This document shows, in pieces, positions 28,368-38,453 of a DNA stretch of 64,000 bases. The translations under genes were made by a program, and so were the position numbers. Below the pieces are notes generated by a model, which saw nothing but the letters and a program-made list of their open reading frames with translations, was not told where the DNA came from and searched no databases. The DNA is taken from the IMG/VR virus record IMGVR_UViG_3300010158_000057; one strand, given 5' to 3'. This DNA comes from an uncultured virus (IMG/VR IMGVR_UViG_3300010158_000057) (taxonomy: Duplodnaviria > Heunggongvirae > Uroviricota > Caudoviricetes). Numbering within the stretch: the first letter of the stretch is position 1; the number at the start of each line of letters is the position of its first letter.

Positions 28368-28678
28368 TGATCTTCTCCGTTTTTAAAATAAAACTTATAT
28401 CGATATTTCTGTTTAAAAGCACTAGTCTTAGGTCCTGGTTTTGAGTTCCTATCCAAAAAATCTTCTAGCTCATCTAGAGCTAGTCGAATCTGATTATTGC
28501 CATTATTTAATATAGAAGTACGAGTCTGTTCCCACAAGTTCTCATATTCTAATCTATTTTTATTATCTTCTTCCCATAAATGACCAAAATATTCTTCAAA
28601 TTTAGCTAAAGATCCTATCATAGTAGTCTTTAGTCTGGTCTCTATGTTCTTAAAGATTTCTTGTTCTTCGTTGTGCAT
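28364..28678 (-). CDS. Hypothetical protein (tail assembly region)
   Basis: 104 aa, ATGA overlap with the next gene. Confidence 0.75.
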   Translation of the reverse strand: MHNEEQEIFKNIETRLKTTMIGSLAKFEEYFGHLWEEDNKNRLEYENLWEQTRTSILNNGNNQIRLALDELEDFLDRNSKPGPKTSAFKQKYRYKFYFKNGEDQ

Positions 28679-28679
28679 A

Positions 28680-29726
28680 TTATGATTTCCTTTGTTTTAG
28701 CATAGAATTCAGTTGATTTACAGCTTCTCTTTTAACATCTGGCAAATCTAAATCGTCTACTTCCTTAGCTTCTCGAATCATGGCAAATTTTTCTTTCATT
28801 CTATGCATACCTTCTCCACTATTCAAGCCAAACACATTTTCAGCATCTTCTTCATTATTTGATAGTACAAATACTTCTTGAGCATTTCTTAATCTTGGAT
28901 TAGCCATGTCAATAGACTGTTCGGTTTTTTGTTTTTCTATTTTTCGCTTTTGATGAATCATCCAACCATCTAAGAAATCGTCATCATTAATCACGGTCTG
29001 ATCAGGACATTCTGGGTGAGCATATACGCTATCATACATTTTACTAATATTGACTAAACTTTTTTGTTCATCAGTCCAGTCAGCCACCTGAGAGCTAAAA
29101 ACATTATCCTTATTAGCGTTCCAGTAAGATCTCCAAGCATTACTTCGGGCTATGTTTCTAAAATCTGCCATACTAATGGTATGTTCATTAATAGCATGAA
29201 TTAAATTATTAAAATACTGATAAGATTTAGAGTTATTATTGGCTGTATCTTTAAAAACAAGTTTATTATTTTTGTACAACGTATTACAGATAAGGAATTC
29301 ATTTTTGATTGATGATGCGTAACCTTCCAAAGTATTAGAATGGAAATCATTCTTGGTCTTTAAAACTCTACCCAGCTGACCTTCCATAGATCTTATTTTG
29401 GGTCTTATATTATTAACCATATCTTTATTCATGTAGTTTTTAAATATATCCACTTTCAAATTATCTATTGTTTTTTCCAGTTGAGAGATTACTTTTTCCG
29501 TATTTTTTTCCCATAATCCTAAATTAATCATAATCCTAATTAAATATTCTTCTCTGATCCATTCATTATATTTTTCATCGTTCAGTATATTATCATACAA
29601 TATGGACGCTTCGTATTTTAGAACATTAGAAGCATATCTGAGTTCGTATCTTTCGTTATCATAAGAAAAGATAAGATAGCCACAAAGGATTCTATAAAGA
29701 TAGAGTTCAATGTCAGCATCATTCAT
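28680..29726 (-). CDS. Hypothetical protein, possibly a tail assembly chaperone
   Basis: 348 aa between tail tube and TMP; YDSVYAHPECP...DDDFLDGW motif. Confidence 0.7.
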   Translation of the reverse strand: MNDADIELYLYRILCGYLIFSYDNERYELRYASNVLKYEASILYDNILNDEKYNEWIREEYLIRIMINLGLWEKNTEKVISQLEKTIDNLKVDIFKNYMNKDMVNNIRPKIRSMEGQLGRVLKTKNDFHSNTLEGYASSIKNEFLICNTLYKNNKLVFKDTANNNSKSYQYFNNLIHAINEHTISMADFRNIARSNAWRSYWNANKDNVFSSQVADWTDEQKSLVNISKMYDSVYAHPECPDQTVINDDDFLDGWMIHQKRKIEKQKTEQSIDMANPRLRNAQEVFVLSNNEEDAENVFGLNSGEGMHRMKEKFAMIREAKEVDDLDLPDVKREAVNQLNSMLKQRKS

Positions 29727-29871
29727 CTGATTCCTTGGGCTGTTTGAGTTCCCTTATTTCTTGATCCTTGGATTTTAGTTGCTGTTGTAGAATGTCTATA
29801 ACTTTGTGAGAATTATAAACATCCACATACAGCCGTCCTACCATATTAAAAAGTTCGTCATTATTATCCAT
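29719..29871 (-). CDS. Small coiled-coil protein (50 aa), not in the ORF track
   Basis: MDNNDELFNMVGRLYVDVYNSHKVIDILQQQLKSKDQEIRELKQPKESDE*, with an AGGA SD and an overlap with the next start. Confidence 0.7.
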   Translation of the reverse strand: MDNNDELFNMVGRLYVDVYNSHKVIDILQQQLKSKDQEIRELKQPKESDE

Positions 29872-29911
29872 TTTAGTCCTCGAACCATATCCCTATAATT
29901 ATAATTGTCTA

Positions 29912-30934
29912 TCAGACAGAGGCAAAACTACCAGCAACAGTAACAGTAAGGGAGTTAAATGTCTGGTAGCTATATGTTACCTGAGCATTTCCGCCACCAG
30001 TATCTCCACCAGTATAGTTAACGCTTGTTAGCTTGTTCTTGGGTCCAAGATTAATGCTCATGGTATCTCCAGTACCACTACCACAAACAGCAATAGTAAT
30101 CTGACGGTCTGTTAGATTCTTGAAAGCTGAACAAGCACCGTAACTGATCATGTCGTCAGCTGTTACTTTATCTCCGTCTGTTGCTGTGATAACAAACTCT
30201 GATGTGATCTCTAGTGGAAACTTGACATAACGGCAGTATGGAGCCATCTTGCCAAGTTCATTGATGGCTTCTCTTCCAAGATTAGCTTTTACATTGATAC
30301 TCTGAAAGTGAGGGCTTCCACCACCGGCTGGATTTGGAATATCTCCTGGAATTGTTGAACCAGCAATATTGACATTCAATCTGCGAATAGCAGTCTTGGC
30401 AGTTTGTGGAGTACTTTCATTGAATCCACCCGTCATACTAGCAGTCCATTTCTTGCTGTTGCCAACAAGGGTGACGTCTTCTGTGGAAAAACCATCTAAT
30501 GGGAATGTATAGCCAATACTGGACAAATACATGCCTGTGCATTCAACGGCAGTGCTTGTGGCACCTTCGGCGGCAGTTTTGGTATCGTCAAAAATACCTA
30601 ATTTAAAGTTAACACGATTATTGGCTAGTGAACCAATACTTCCGCCAGAGCCACCACCGTTTGTTCCACCCATGCATAGCAGATAAAGAGGCATAGTTCC
30701 ATCAAGAGTTTTTTGTAGTGTAACTTCTACTTCAGGAACGCCCTCAACGTTATCATAAAGGTCTTGCTGACCAAGCTCGAATAGCTGGGTTAGATTAAAG
30801 TTTGTGGTCATTCCAACACTTTGGAGACCCTTGGGAGAAACGTAAGTACCTAGAGTAAAAGTGCCACCTGTTTCAGCCTTAACCGGCTGTAGTTGAACTG
30901 ATTGTGTTGCGTAATAAATTCTTTTATTTGCCAT
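29912..30934 (-). CDS. Major tail (tube) protein
   Basis: 340 aa, beta/Gly/Thr-rich, with GLQSVGMTTNFNLTQLFELGQ...PEVEVTL and a second related half (REAINELG). GGAG SD; position upstream of chaperones and TMP. Confidence 0.75.
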   Translation of the reverse strand: MANKRIYYATQSVQLQPVKAETGGTFTLGTYVSPKGLQSVGMTTNFNLTQLFELGQQDLYDNVEGVPEVEVTLQKTLDGTMPLYLLCMGGTNGGGSGGSIGSLANNRVNFKLGIFDDTKTAAEGATSTAVECTGMYLSSIGYTFPLDGFSTEDVTLVGNSKKWTASMTGGFNESTPQTAKTAIRRLNVNIAGSTIPGDIPNPAGGGSPHFQSINVKANLGREAINELGKMAPYCRYVKFPLEITSEFVITATDGDKVTADDMISYGACSAFKNLTDRQITIAVCGSGTGDTMSINLGPKNKLTSVNYTGGDTGGGNAQVTYSYQTFNSLTVTVAGSFASV

Positions 30935-31018
30935 TTTAGAATCTCCGATATCGTGTTGGTTGAAAAGGACTCTTTTAATTCTTTAGTCTGGTGACGACGC
31001 TAATTGACTATTCTGTTT

Positions 31019-31024
31019 TACACC
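31019..31024 (-). promoter_or_regulatory. Candidate late-promoter motif GGTGTA
   Basis: Intergenic, about 85 bp upstream of the tail tube start; one of 8 similarly placed copies. Confidence 0.55.
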
Positions 31025-31036
31025 AAAAAAAAGGAA

Positions 31037-31990
31037 TCAAGGAAAAATTTTTAAGTTCCAACGAACAATTCCATTGTACAATGATGACGTAAAATTGTTG
31101 AGTTCTGCCAAGTCAGCCGATTTAATATATGACGTTTGGTGCTGATAATCAGGGTTTGTTACTAGTTGAGAATAAGTAAGACCATTAATATTCTTTTCTC
31201 CCCTATAATTTAAGGGATAAACTGCATTTTTGACCACTTTATTAACATCATATAAAATTAAAGATTTGTCTTTTTGTGATAATAAAATGTCAGTTATGAT
31301 GGATCTTTGAGTGGTGTTTTCTGTAAAAACATGTAATAAAATATCTTGAGATATCATATTTTTAGCATTCCCAAGCTCATAAGCTTCTTGGTTAATTCTA
31401 GCGACAGGTTCTATAATTAAAAATGGAAGTTGAACTTTATGACCAGATAATAGAGTACTATACGAATTATTATCTTTAGTCGTATAAATAATATCAGATA
31501 ATTCTTTCCACCACATTGCCTCATTAGATTTATATACTTGGATATATCTATATGCATAATCAAGTTTAATATTACTATTAGAGTTAATGGCATTATTAAA
31601 AACTATTCTTCCCAAAGGATAATCAATATAATATCCATAATTACCACTACCTGTTGGCGCTGGCAAAAAGGTATTATTTAAAGATACTCCAGAAATATGA
31701 TTAATATTTTTAGCAGGATCGAGGATTGATGTATCTTCGTAAATCCAATCTTTTACAGGGCCTTCCCAAGTTTTTGCCTGAGATCCAACAGAGGTTCCTG
31801 TTACTTGGGGTTGTGGTCTGAGAGTATATAAACCAGACTGTGAAGCTGATGATTGATTAACATTAACATAACCATCTATCTGTAAAAAAGACCAATCTAA
31901 AAAATGCTTTAGATTATCTTCTACTTGAGAGATAGAATTTTTATTACGAATACTAGTGATATAATTAAATTTTGTATAATCTTCAGTCAT
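31037..31990 (-). CDS. Putative tail completion/terminator (neck) protein
   Basis: Immediately upstream of the tail tube; QLPFLIIE...YELG...QDILLHVF motif. Start at MTEDY preferred. Confidence 0.55.
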   Translation of the reverse strand: MTEDYTKFNYITSIRNKNSISQVEDNLKHFLDWSFLQIDGYVNVNQSSASQSGLYTLRPQPQVTGTSVGSQAKTWEGPVKDWIYEDTSILDPAKNINHISGVSLNNTFLPAPTGSGNYGYYIDYPLGRIVFNNAINSNSNIKLDYAYRYIQVYKSNEAMWWKELSDIIYTTKDNNSYSTLLSGHKVQLPFLIIEPVARINQEAYELGNAKNMISQDILLHVFTENTTQRSIITDILLSQKDKSLILYDVNKVVKNAVYPLNYRGEKNINGLTYSQLVTNPDYQHQTSYIKSADLAELNNFTSSLYNGIVRWNLKIFP

Positions 31991-31991
31991 A

Positions 31992-32636
31992 TTAAATGTT
32001 CTTTTCAATACTGGTTTGCATGATTTTTAAAATATCTTTTTCCATATTCTCTATGGCTCTTGTTGTCCAGTTGTTTGTTATCGAACCGGCAAACTGAGGA
32101 GGAACTCTCCAGTTTTTATTAGAATCAACCATAATAGCCATTCCTGTACGCGAATTATTATTAGGTCCCAATCTAACCTCAAAGTCTTTAACTATGGGCT
32201 TATTGGATTGAAACAATAACCAATCTAACCAAGGTAAAACATATCCCCTAGCATCATCCTGTACCGTAGCTGCTTCATCCTTAATAATTCCATTAATGTC
32301 ATCTGATTTAATCATGGTCATTTTATATCCACCAGTAAGACCAAAATTAGAAGCAGTAATTGGAACTTTATTTATTTCTAGTGTATCTGCCATAAGAACG
32401 ATAACTCTGTCTATAGCAGTAGAGTCTGGGATGCCAAACTCAAACTTTAGTGAACCGGACATTAAGGACTCATATTCTGGTTCTTTTTTAAGTCCTTCTA
32501 TAAATATTTTCTTGATTTCTTCTCTAATCTCTGAAATAGACTTATTAAAAGCAATATCTAAATGACTTCTCATCGCTTCTAAAATGAGCGATCTAATTTC
32601 ACTATCAGATTCCATGATGATAATATCAAAGTTCAT
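31992..32636 (-). CDS. Putative neck/tail component
   Basis: Head-tail joining position; LPWLDWLL, SRTG and WRVPPQFAG motifs. ATGA overlap supports a start at 32636. Confidence 0.55.
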   Translation of the reverse strand: MNFDIIIMESDSEIRSLILEAMRSHLDIAFNKSISEIREEIKKIFIEGLKKEPEYESLMSGSLKFEFGIPDSTAIDRVIVLMADTLEINKVPITASNFGLTGGYKMTMIKSDDINGIIKDEAATVQDDARGYVLPWLDWLLFQSNKPIVKDFEVRLGPNNNSRTGMAIMVDSNKNWRVPPQFAGSITNNWTTRAIENMEKDILKIMQTSIEKNI

Positions 32637-33154
32637 TTGCTGGTCCACATTGTTATGCAATAGTTTGTATTACCGAAACCACAAAGGTTGGGGTCTCCTG
32701 CTCTGTCGTATGACTTGCTTCCTACTCCGTGAGATTCTACTATCTCTAAATATTTTGCATTTCTTAATTTGTTGAGATAGGAGCTTGAACATATTGTTTG
32801 TATAGATCCATTAGCTATTTCTATTCCATTTTGAGGTATATTTAACCAGTACTTGCTATCAAAAATAACTCCCAAATGTAAAATTTCACTAACATCTCCA
32901 CTATTATTATATCCATCGCCCATACATACTGGACATGTTTGGCCATCAGAGAAAGGTAGTGGTCCAGATCCGTTGTATATGTTTGCTGAAAGATGAGAGA
33001 TAGGATCAAATTGACAATTGTTGCACATAACAGGACTATTCATTTTGTCAAAAATCAACCTACAAGGAACAGACAAAGATCCCTCTGCTAAAATAGTATT
33101 AATAGCATCATCAAATATTTGTTTAAATTGTGGGGTAATTAGATTATCAAACAT
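32633..33154 (-). CDS. Putative head-closure/head-tail joining protein with two CxxC motifs
   Basis: 173 aa with CNNC and CPVC; lies between adaptor-like and neck genes. Confidence 0.5.
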   Translation of the reverse strand: MFDNLITPQFKQIFDDAINTILAEGSLSVPCRLIFDKMNSPVMCNNCQFDPISHLSANIYNGSGPLPFSDGQTCPVCMGDGYNNSGDVSEILHLGVIFDSKYWLNIPQNGIEIANGSIQTICSSSYLNKLRNAKYLEIVESHGVGSKSYDRAGDPNLCGFGNTNYCITMWTSK

Positions 33155-33156
33155 AT

Positions 33157-33378
33157 TTAGTACTTAATAGATATAGTCTGGTTCGTGGCGTTTAAAGATA
33201 CTACTTCTTTTTGAAATAATACTGAAGGTTGCTGAAAAGGAATTCTTTGTATGGTAACGAATTGTTCTAGAAGAGATATGCCTTGAGCAGATGAGGATGA
33301 TATATTTTGAAAATCATTAGGAATATCCACCTGAGTTCGATTACTTTTTATATTGTAGTTAGTTTGAACAAAAATCAT
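33157..33378 (-). CDS. Small hypothetical protein
   Basis: 73 aa, fills the operon gap with tight spacing. Confidence 0.6.
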   Translation of the reverse strand: MIFVQTNYNIKSNRTQVDIPNDFQNISSSSAQGISLLEQFVTIQRIPFQQPSVLFQKEVVSLNATNQTISIKY

Positions 33379-33385
33379 ATAAAGC

Positions 33386-34402
33386 TCACTCTTGATAAGT
33401 AATAATTAATTTCCAATTATCTATCAGACCTGATACAGAAGCATCATTGTCACAGACGTGCAAAGACCATATTCCAGAGGATGGGACATAACCTTTGAGG
33501 TGGCCAAAAGAACTTAATAGATTTTCATTATTAAGAGCCCCCAATGTTATGGAGCCATTTGATATGGATATTGGGATTCTTGCTTCTGAACATCCTGAAT
33601 TATCGCAGATTGTCATTGGAATACTATTGTCAAATCTTGTGCTGTTTGTTTTATCTATAATCTTACACAATCCACCATTTTTTGTATTAGATACATTAGT
33701 CTGAGGTAAAGCCCTATCGGACAACATAAAACTAAAACCAGGAACATAATTAGATATTTTGTGGTGGGCAAATAGTAGTATTTTATCTCCAGAAGGAGGA
33801 GCTAGAAACATGGTTAGGTCTTGTGGAGAATTATGGTTTAATCCATTTATTCCTATTTCTACATTTTCTATTGGTCTACTATCCATAATAGTGATAGAGC
33901 TTGTGCTGGTCGCATTATCTACTATATAAATTCTAGGACCATTATATATTGACGAATCAAAAGCAGAACAATTTATTGTGCAGGCATCTAGGATTTGACC
34001 TTCTATAGGCTCTCTAATATCAAATGCTGGTATTGTGGTATTTCTTTTGACTATGGTAATGGTTCCTTGGGCTAGTCTATATCTTTTAAGTCCACTACCA
34101 GAATATTGTTCATTAGGTTCCTGTAAATCAAGATCATAGACTGCGGTCTCAAAAGAGTAATTATTTGTAATGTGAGCTGGGATATTTAAAACAATATCTC
34201 CATTACTATAAGCGATCAAAGAATAGTCTGATGTTTTAGTAATATTATCAAAAGTATATATTTGACCAGTATTACTAACAAATTTAAATAATACATACCA
34301 GTTGGTCATATTAACACTAGTGTTATTTTCATCCAGATATCTAAATGTAATCTGAAAATCAGAACCTTGCTCTAGGAGAAAATTGTGTGTTGCGGCAGGC
34401 AT
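33386..34402 (-). CDS. Virion protein: BppU-like N-terminal domain plus proprotein-convertase P-domain-like C-terminus
   Basis: EQGSDF...AVYDLDL...RLAQGTITI; then IENVEIGI..LNH..PQDLTMFLAPPSG...GIWSLHVCD...GLIDNWKL. Confidence 0.65.
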   Translation of the reverse strand: MPAATHNFLLEQGSDFQITFRYLDENNTSVNMTNWYVLFKFVSNTGQIYTFDNITKTSDYSLIAYSNGDIVLNIPAHITNNYSFETAVYDLDLQEPNEQYSGSGLKRYRLAQGTITIVKRNTTIPAFDIREPIEGQILDACTINCSAFDSSIYNGPRIYIVDNATSTSSITIMDSRPIENVEIGINGLNHNSPQDLTMFLAPPSGDKILLFAHHKISNYVPGFSFMLSDRALPQTNVSNTKNGGLCKIIDKTNSTRFDNSIPMTICDNSGCSEARIPISISNGSITLGALNNENLLSSFGHLKGYVPSSGIWSLHVCDNDASVSGLIDNWKLIITYQE

Positions 34403-34416
34403 TGTCTATGGTTCCT

Positions 34417-34938
34417 TTAAGAGTAAAAATCTCGTGATCTATCAGAACTATATCGAATAGCACTTGGGTCAAATTTATTACCAACGAATGGAGAAAGAAT
34501 AGACTTGATACCATTAGCATTACCAATCTCATATTGTAGTCTAAGATCTTGATACATTGCACAGGGGCCCATCTCCAATATGGTTTGATATCCTTTAAGA
34601 TTTCCCCCCACACTTAAACTAGCAGGTCCTAGAGCAGCTCTGATGCCCTCTGAAGCAGCTTTGGTTCTGAAAGTACTTTGATCTAATAAGCAGGCGGCTT
34701 TTAGGGCCACAAATCCTATAAAATCTTGATCTGGGGATTCTAATTGGGTTGGGTCAGGAGTGATGGTTAACTTGACCGTATCTATCGTATAGGTATTGGA
34801 AAAATTAATCTCTCTTTTAACATACTGAGCTGCTACAGCAATTAGTTGTTCTAATCTATCATCACTATATGTTGGGGTTTCAGATAGATCGTTTATCCAA
34901 ACTCTAACAATAATGGGTATTTCATTTTTCCAGCTCAT
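34417..34938 (-). CDS. Putative head-tail adaptor (connector) protein
   Basis: 173 aa with IVRVWINDL...YSDDRL, a gp15/gp6-like start; position fits. Confidence 0.55.
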   Translation of the reverse strand: MSWKNEIPIIVRVWINDLSETPTYSDDRLEQLIAVAAQYVKREINFSNTYTIDTVKLTITPDPTQLESPDQDFIGFVALKAACLLDQSTFRTKAASEGIRAALGPASLSVGGNLKGYQTILEMGPCAMYQDLRLQYEIGNANGIKSILSPFVGNKFDPSAIRYSSDRSRDFYS

Positions 34939-34978
34939 TTTTTGACCCTTTTATAAGGATAGAATGTCTAGTCTTTAA

Positions 34979-34984
34979 TACACC
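34979..34984 (-). promoter_or_regulatory. Candidate late-promoter motif GGTGTA
   Basis: About 40 bp upstream of the 34938 start. Confidence 0.55.
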
Positions 34985-35105
34985 TTATGTTGATTGGTGT
35001 AATGTTTTAAATTAAGTGGCTAAATTGGAATAACTTATAATCCAATAGTCTCATCTAAAATATATTCCTCAGAATTGGGTGCAATAGCTAAATGTTTATT
35101 GTTCA

Positions 35106-35945
35106 TTAAAAATTAATTCTTCTATAAGAGCCAAGGTCTGTTCCTGCTCCAAAAGAAGAGACATATGTTGTTCCAGTATTAGTTGCTAATGTGAATGTTT
35201 TATTTGCGGTTACTACTTCTGAGTATGTTGTGATCCTATAGCTATAAACTCCTGCTATATATATTCTGATGTCTATAAACGATAATGGATTATTAATAGG
35301 AAGGATTTGATTAAATCTTATCTTAGATCCAGAAGTTCCAGAAAGTGTGACTCCATTACCAGAAGAAGAATTGGTTCCGGAAGCTATTGTTAGAGTCGTA
35401 TCAAATACCGATGTGGGTGTTGGGGTTGGGGTTACGGTGGGCGTAACTGTTATTGTTGGTGTTATTGTTGGTGTTATAGTTACTGTTGGAGTAGGGGATG
35501 AGACTATCCAAGTTGATAGGGCTGATCTTTTCCAAGTATTGTTGTCTGTAGCAACATAGAAATAATCGCTATCATAAGCAACGTTACCAGCAACTCCGGA
35601 TGCTGTTGGTGAACTGGGAACAGTAGACCATGCAAAGCTTGCTGAAGCTCCTCCGTTGCTTGAATTAATAGTATAGGCCCCATTGACAGAACTTATAGTG
35701 ATATTATTTCCGGCGGATATGCTCTTTACTGGTAAAACACCACTAATAGCACTATTAAAATCAGTAATATTTGATGAGCTTAAATTAATACTACCTAAAC
35801 TAGCCCAATTTGATACTCCATCACCAATTTTAAAAATCTTATCGGTCAGATCATATCCCGGCTCACCACTAGCTAATACTGGATTGGCCAAAGTCCATGC
35901 AGCAGAAGTTCCTTTGCGTATTTGTATAAGATCATTTACGGCCAT
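35106..35945 (-). CDS. Short fibre protein with an Mtd-N-like N-terminus and a Thr-Pro linker
   Basis: IQIRKGTSAAWTLANPVLASGEPGYD...FKIGDG; also YDSDYFYVATDNNTWKR and TP repeats. Confidence 0.75.
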   Translation of the reverse strand: MAVNDLIQIRKGTSAAWTLANPVLASGEPGYDLTDKIFKIGDGVSNWASLGSINLSSSNITDFNSAISGVLPVKSISAGNNITISSVNGAYTINSSNGGASASFAWSTVPSSPTASGVAGNVAYDSDYFYVATDNNTWKRSALSTWIVSSPTPTVTITPTITPTITVTPTVTPTPTPTSVFDTTLTIASGTNSSSGNGVTLSGTSGSKIRFNQILPINNPLSFIDIRIYIAGVYSYRITTYSEVVTANKTFTLATNTGTTYVSSFGAGTDLGSYRRINF

Positions 35946-35982
35946 TTAATAAAGTCCTATAAGACAGGTATATTAGTTATAA

Positions 35983-35988
35983 TACACC
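35983..35988 (-). promoter_or_regulatory. Candidate late-promoter motif GGTGTA
   Basis: About 38 bp upstream of the 35945 start. Confidence 0.55.
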
Positions 35989-36025
35989 TATTACCTATTT
36001 AAAGAAAGTTGTCAATTTTTAAAGT

Positions 36026-36604
36026 TTACTGGTTTACCCAGGTGTCTTTATCAACAACAAATCCAAACATAAATAGTGTTCGTGGATTATCTCCATGACA
36101 AACATCAACACTATGATAAAGTTCTGTTACTAAATAGCACATCATATCGCCTTCATTTAAATCATAGGCTTTATCTTCAACATGAACAGTACCGCCGCTC
36201 TGTGCTTTGCTAGCAAGAATATTACATCTTAATCCAACTACTCCTTCGCCAACACTAGGATCTTTATGCTTGTAAACATCACCGTCGTTATAGGTTACAC
36301 TCACAACAACTCCGTCTTTACCATGATTCTCAATAACCGGAGCTTGTGCTGTTAGCGGAATTGTTTGACGAATTCGGTCTTGCAAAGTCTTGACCAAGTC
36401 TGGGTAATCAATCTTTGGACTCATGCGATTTGTGAGTCTCAGTTTTGTTGTACTAAATTCTTTTTTATCCCAATCCCCAGTAATCCCATCAACAAACTGT
36501 CCATCAATTACAGCTTGATTAGCCCAATCTTTAAGAGCTTGAATTTCTTCTGCTGTTATAAAATTAGGAACTAACAACACCTGACCATCAAAATTATTTG
36601 CCAT
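36026..36604 (-). CDS. 2OG-Fe(II) oxygenase (prolyl-4-hydroxylase-like)
   Basis: PNFITAEE start; HxD (YKHKD), GG, distal H (YHSV) and R (NPRT). Confidence 0.8.
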   Translation of the reverse strand: MANNFDGQVLLVPNFITAEEIQALKDWANQAVIDGQFVDGITGDWDKKEFSTTKLRLTNRMSPKIDYPDLVKTLQDRIRQTIPLTAQAPVIENHGKDGVVVSVTYNDGDVYKHKDPSVGEGVVGLRCNILASKAQSGGTVHVEDKAYDLNEGDMMCYLVTELYHSVDVCHGDNPRTLFMFGFVVDKDTWVNQ

Positions 36605-37127
36605 AGTAATTCTCCTTTAATCTTTGGTATAGTTCATTATCATTATAATACTGTTTGGTTACTAATTCAAGCTGTTCTTCAGTTAAAACTGGCTTTTTCT
36701 CATCTTTTTCTTCGTTTACTCTTGGTACTGGAGTTGGTAATCCTAGCCAATCTGCACATTCATCTATTTGTTCTGGAAATAAGAAGTATTTAATACTATC
36801 ATTTATAAGTCCCATACTTTCTATGCTCCAAAAGTGAACCTCGTCTTCTAACAATCCTTCTTCCACCGTCTTATTCCTTCTTGCACAAGCACTTTTAAAT
36901 CTTTCAATCGGATCTCGAACCATGCAATAAACTTCGCATTCTGGCAAACCTAATTTTAGATCATGGCCGGTAAGATTCATTATAGGGTGCCATTTTTCAT
37001 TTTTAAAAGGTTCTGGTTGAGTTTTTATATGATCTTTTGGAAGCATCAAATTCATTAATGCATGACTTCCGCTTCTTGTAACAAGAGCAAGAGCCTTCCC
37101 ATTGAATAAAGCACAGACACCTTTCAT
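36594..37127 (-). CDS. Sulfotransferase-family-like protein
   Basis: VTRSGSHAL (5'-PSB-like), VRDPIERFKS (3'-PB) and C-terminal YYNDNELY. Confidence 0.65.
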   Translation of the reverse strand: MKGVCALFNGKALALVTRSGSHALMNLMLPKDHIKTQPEPFKNEKWHPIMNLTGHDLKLGLPECEVYCMVRDPIERFKSACARRNKTVEEGLLEDEVHFWSIESMGLINDSIKYFLFPEQIDECADWLGLPTPVPRVNEEKDEKKPVLTEEQLELVTKQYYNDNELYQRLKENYYGK

Positions 37128-38443
37128 GATATGATTCCTACAAGTTGAAGGTCATTTAGTGCTATATTATACCAACATCCTCCTTTGTCACAATTACTAG
37201 TTCGTGAACCTCCTCCTCCTTTAACTTCTAGCTTGTAATATCTATATGACGAAGGAGAGCCTATGCTATAATTTGAATAAGCTGTATACGTCAAACTGGC
37301 ATTTGTCCTTGAGTCAATAGTTGTCCATGTTGAGTTATTATTTGACCCATAGAGTGTCCAATTTTTAGGAGAACCATCTGTTTTTACACTCCAACCATCC
37401 GCAACATATCCTCCCAGCATATTATAAGATGTAATGGTTAATGCTTGACCCATATCAATAGATGCTGAAATTATAACAGCATTTGAATTGCCACTATAGT
37501 AATTTGCTCTAAATGTTCTAGTTTGACCAAGTATAGAATAATAAATATTTTCATAAGTCCAATCTCCCCTATATGCCCAAAGAGTAGATAGATATCTATA
37601 ACTACTATCTGACACAGATCCTTCATTAATACCAACTTCTTTACAGGCATTTTTTAATCCAAATAGTTTGCTCATAGATCCGTTTGTTCCGGGGAGTAGA
37701 GTATCGTATCCATGCAAACTACAAGAAGACGTTGGACTTTCATATCCCAGCAACTGCAATTCTCCTATTTGCCATCCATAAAAATAAGTACAACCACTTT
37801 TATTACAATCTATGGCAAGAGCAGAATTAGACGCTCCAGTAGTAACTGATAGCTTATATGTTTTATAAGCTGATGGAGACGCTATTGAATATTCTGAATA
37901 AGGACTATTTTTACAAAGTTTACTAGTCGCATATGACAATGGAGACTGATTGGATCTTGAGTCTATCGCCGTCCAGTTAATGTAATCATTGCTTCCGTAT
38001 AATACCCATGATCTTGGGGTATCTAGTCCCATATTACTACTTGTTTGTCCACTTGTTCCGTTTGCAAAACCGTTCCATATTCTGTATTTTGTCAAAGTAA
38101 TGGGAAGTCCAAATGTAAAAAATATTTCATTTGCATTGGATAATCCAGGAAGATAACCAGGTATTACAGGGGGCAAACTTAATGTTTGACAATAGTAGTT
38201 TTTATCATATGGATCAGCATATGGTAGAACTCCAGTAAAAAGTCTATTGGTTACTATGGTATATTGATTACTAATATATACTCGACCGTTGGTAGAAGAA
38301 GATACAGCATTTATTCCACCACCATAGCCTACAATCTCATAAATATCATAGGTCCTAAAATTGTAGTATGGTTGATATTTGGCATCAACGTTGGTTTTGT
38401 CATACCCCGTTCCTCCTCCAATCAATATTCTTTCACTTGGCAT
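37124..38443 (-). CDS. Protein with two discoidin/F5-8-type-C (CBM32-like) domains
   Basis: PRSWVLYGSND..NWTAIDSR...YKTYKL...IGELQLLG, and a second copy PKNWTLYGSNN...YRYYKL. Confidence 0.75.
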   Translation of the reverse strand: MPSERILIGGGTGYDKTNVDAKYQPYYNFRTYDIYEIVGYGGGINAVSSSTNGRVYISNQYTIVTNRLFTGVLPYADPYDKNYYCQTLSLPPVIPGYLPGLSNANEIFFTFGLPITLTKYRIWNGFANGTSGQTSSNMGLDTPRSWVLYGSNDYINWTAIDSRSNQSPLSYATSKLCKNSPYSEYSIASPSAYKTYKLSVTTGASNSALAIDCNKSGCTYFYGWQIGELQLLGYESPTSSCSLHGYDTLLPGTNGSMSKLFGLKNACKEVGINEGSVSDSSYRYLSTLWAYRGDWTYENIYYSILGQTRTFRANYYSGNSNAVIISASIDMGQALTITSYNMLGGYVADGWSVKTDGSPKNWTLYGSNNNSTWTTIDSRTNASLTYTAYSNYSIGSPSSYRYYKLEVKGGGGSRTSNCDKGGCWYNIALNDLQLVGIIS

Positions 38444-38453
38444 AATTTATCCT

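Noticed and set aside
27492..29871. Programmed frameshift in tail assembly chaperones
   Set aside because: The genes have separate starts and overlaps, and I found no convincing slippery site joining two frames.
35035..35106. 23-codon ORF (MNNKHLAIAP...) coupled by a TAATG overlap to the short fibre gene
   Set aside because: Too short to support; could be a gene remnant or chance.
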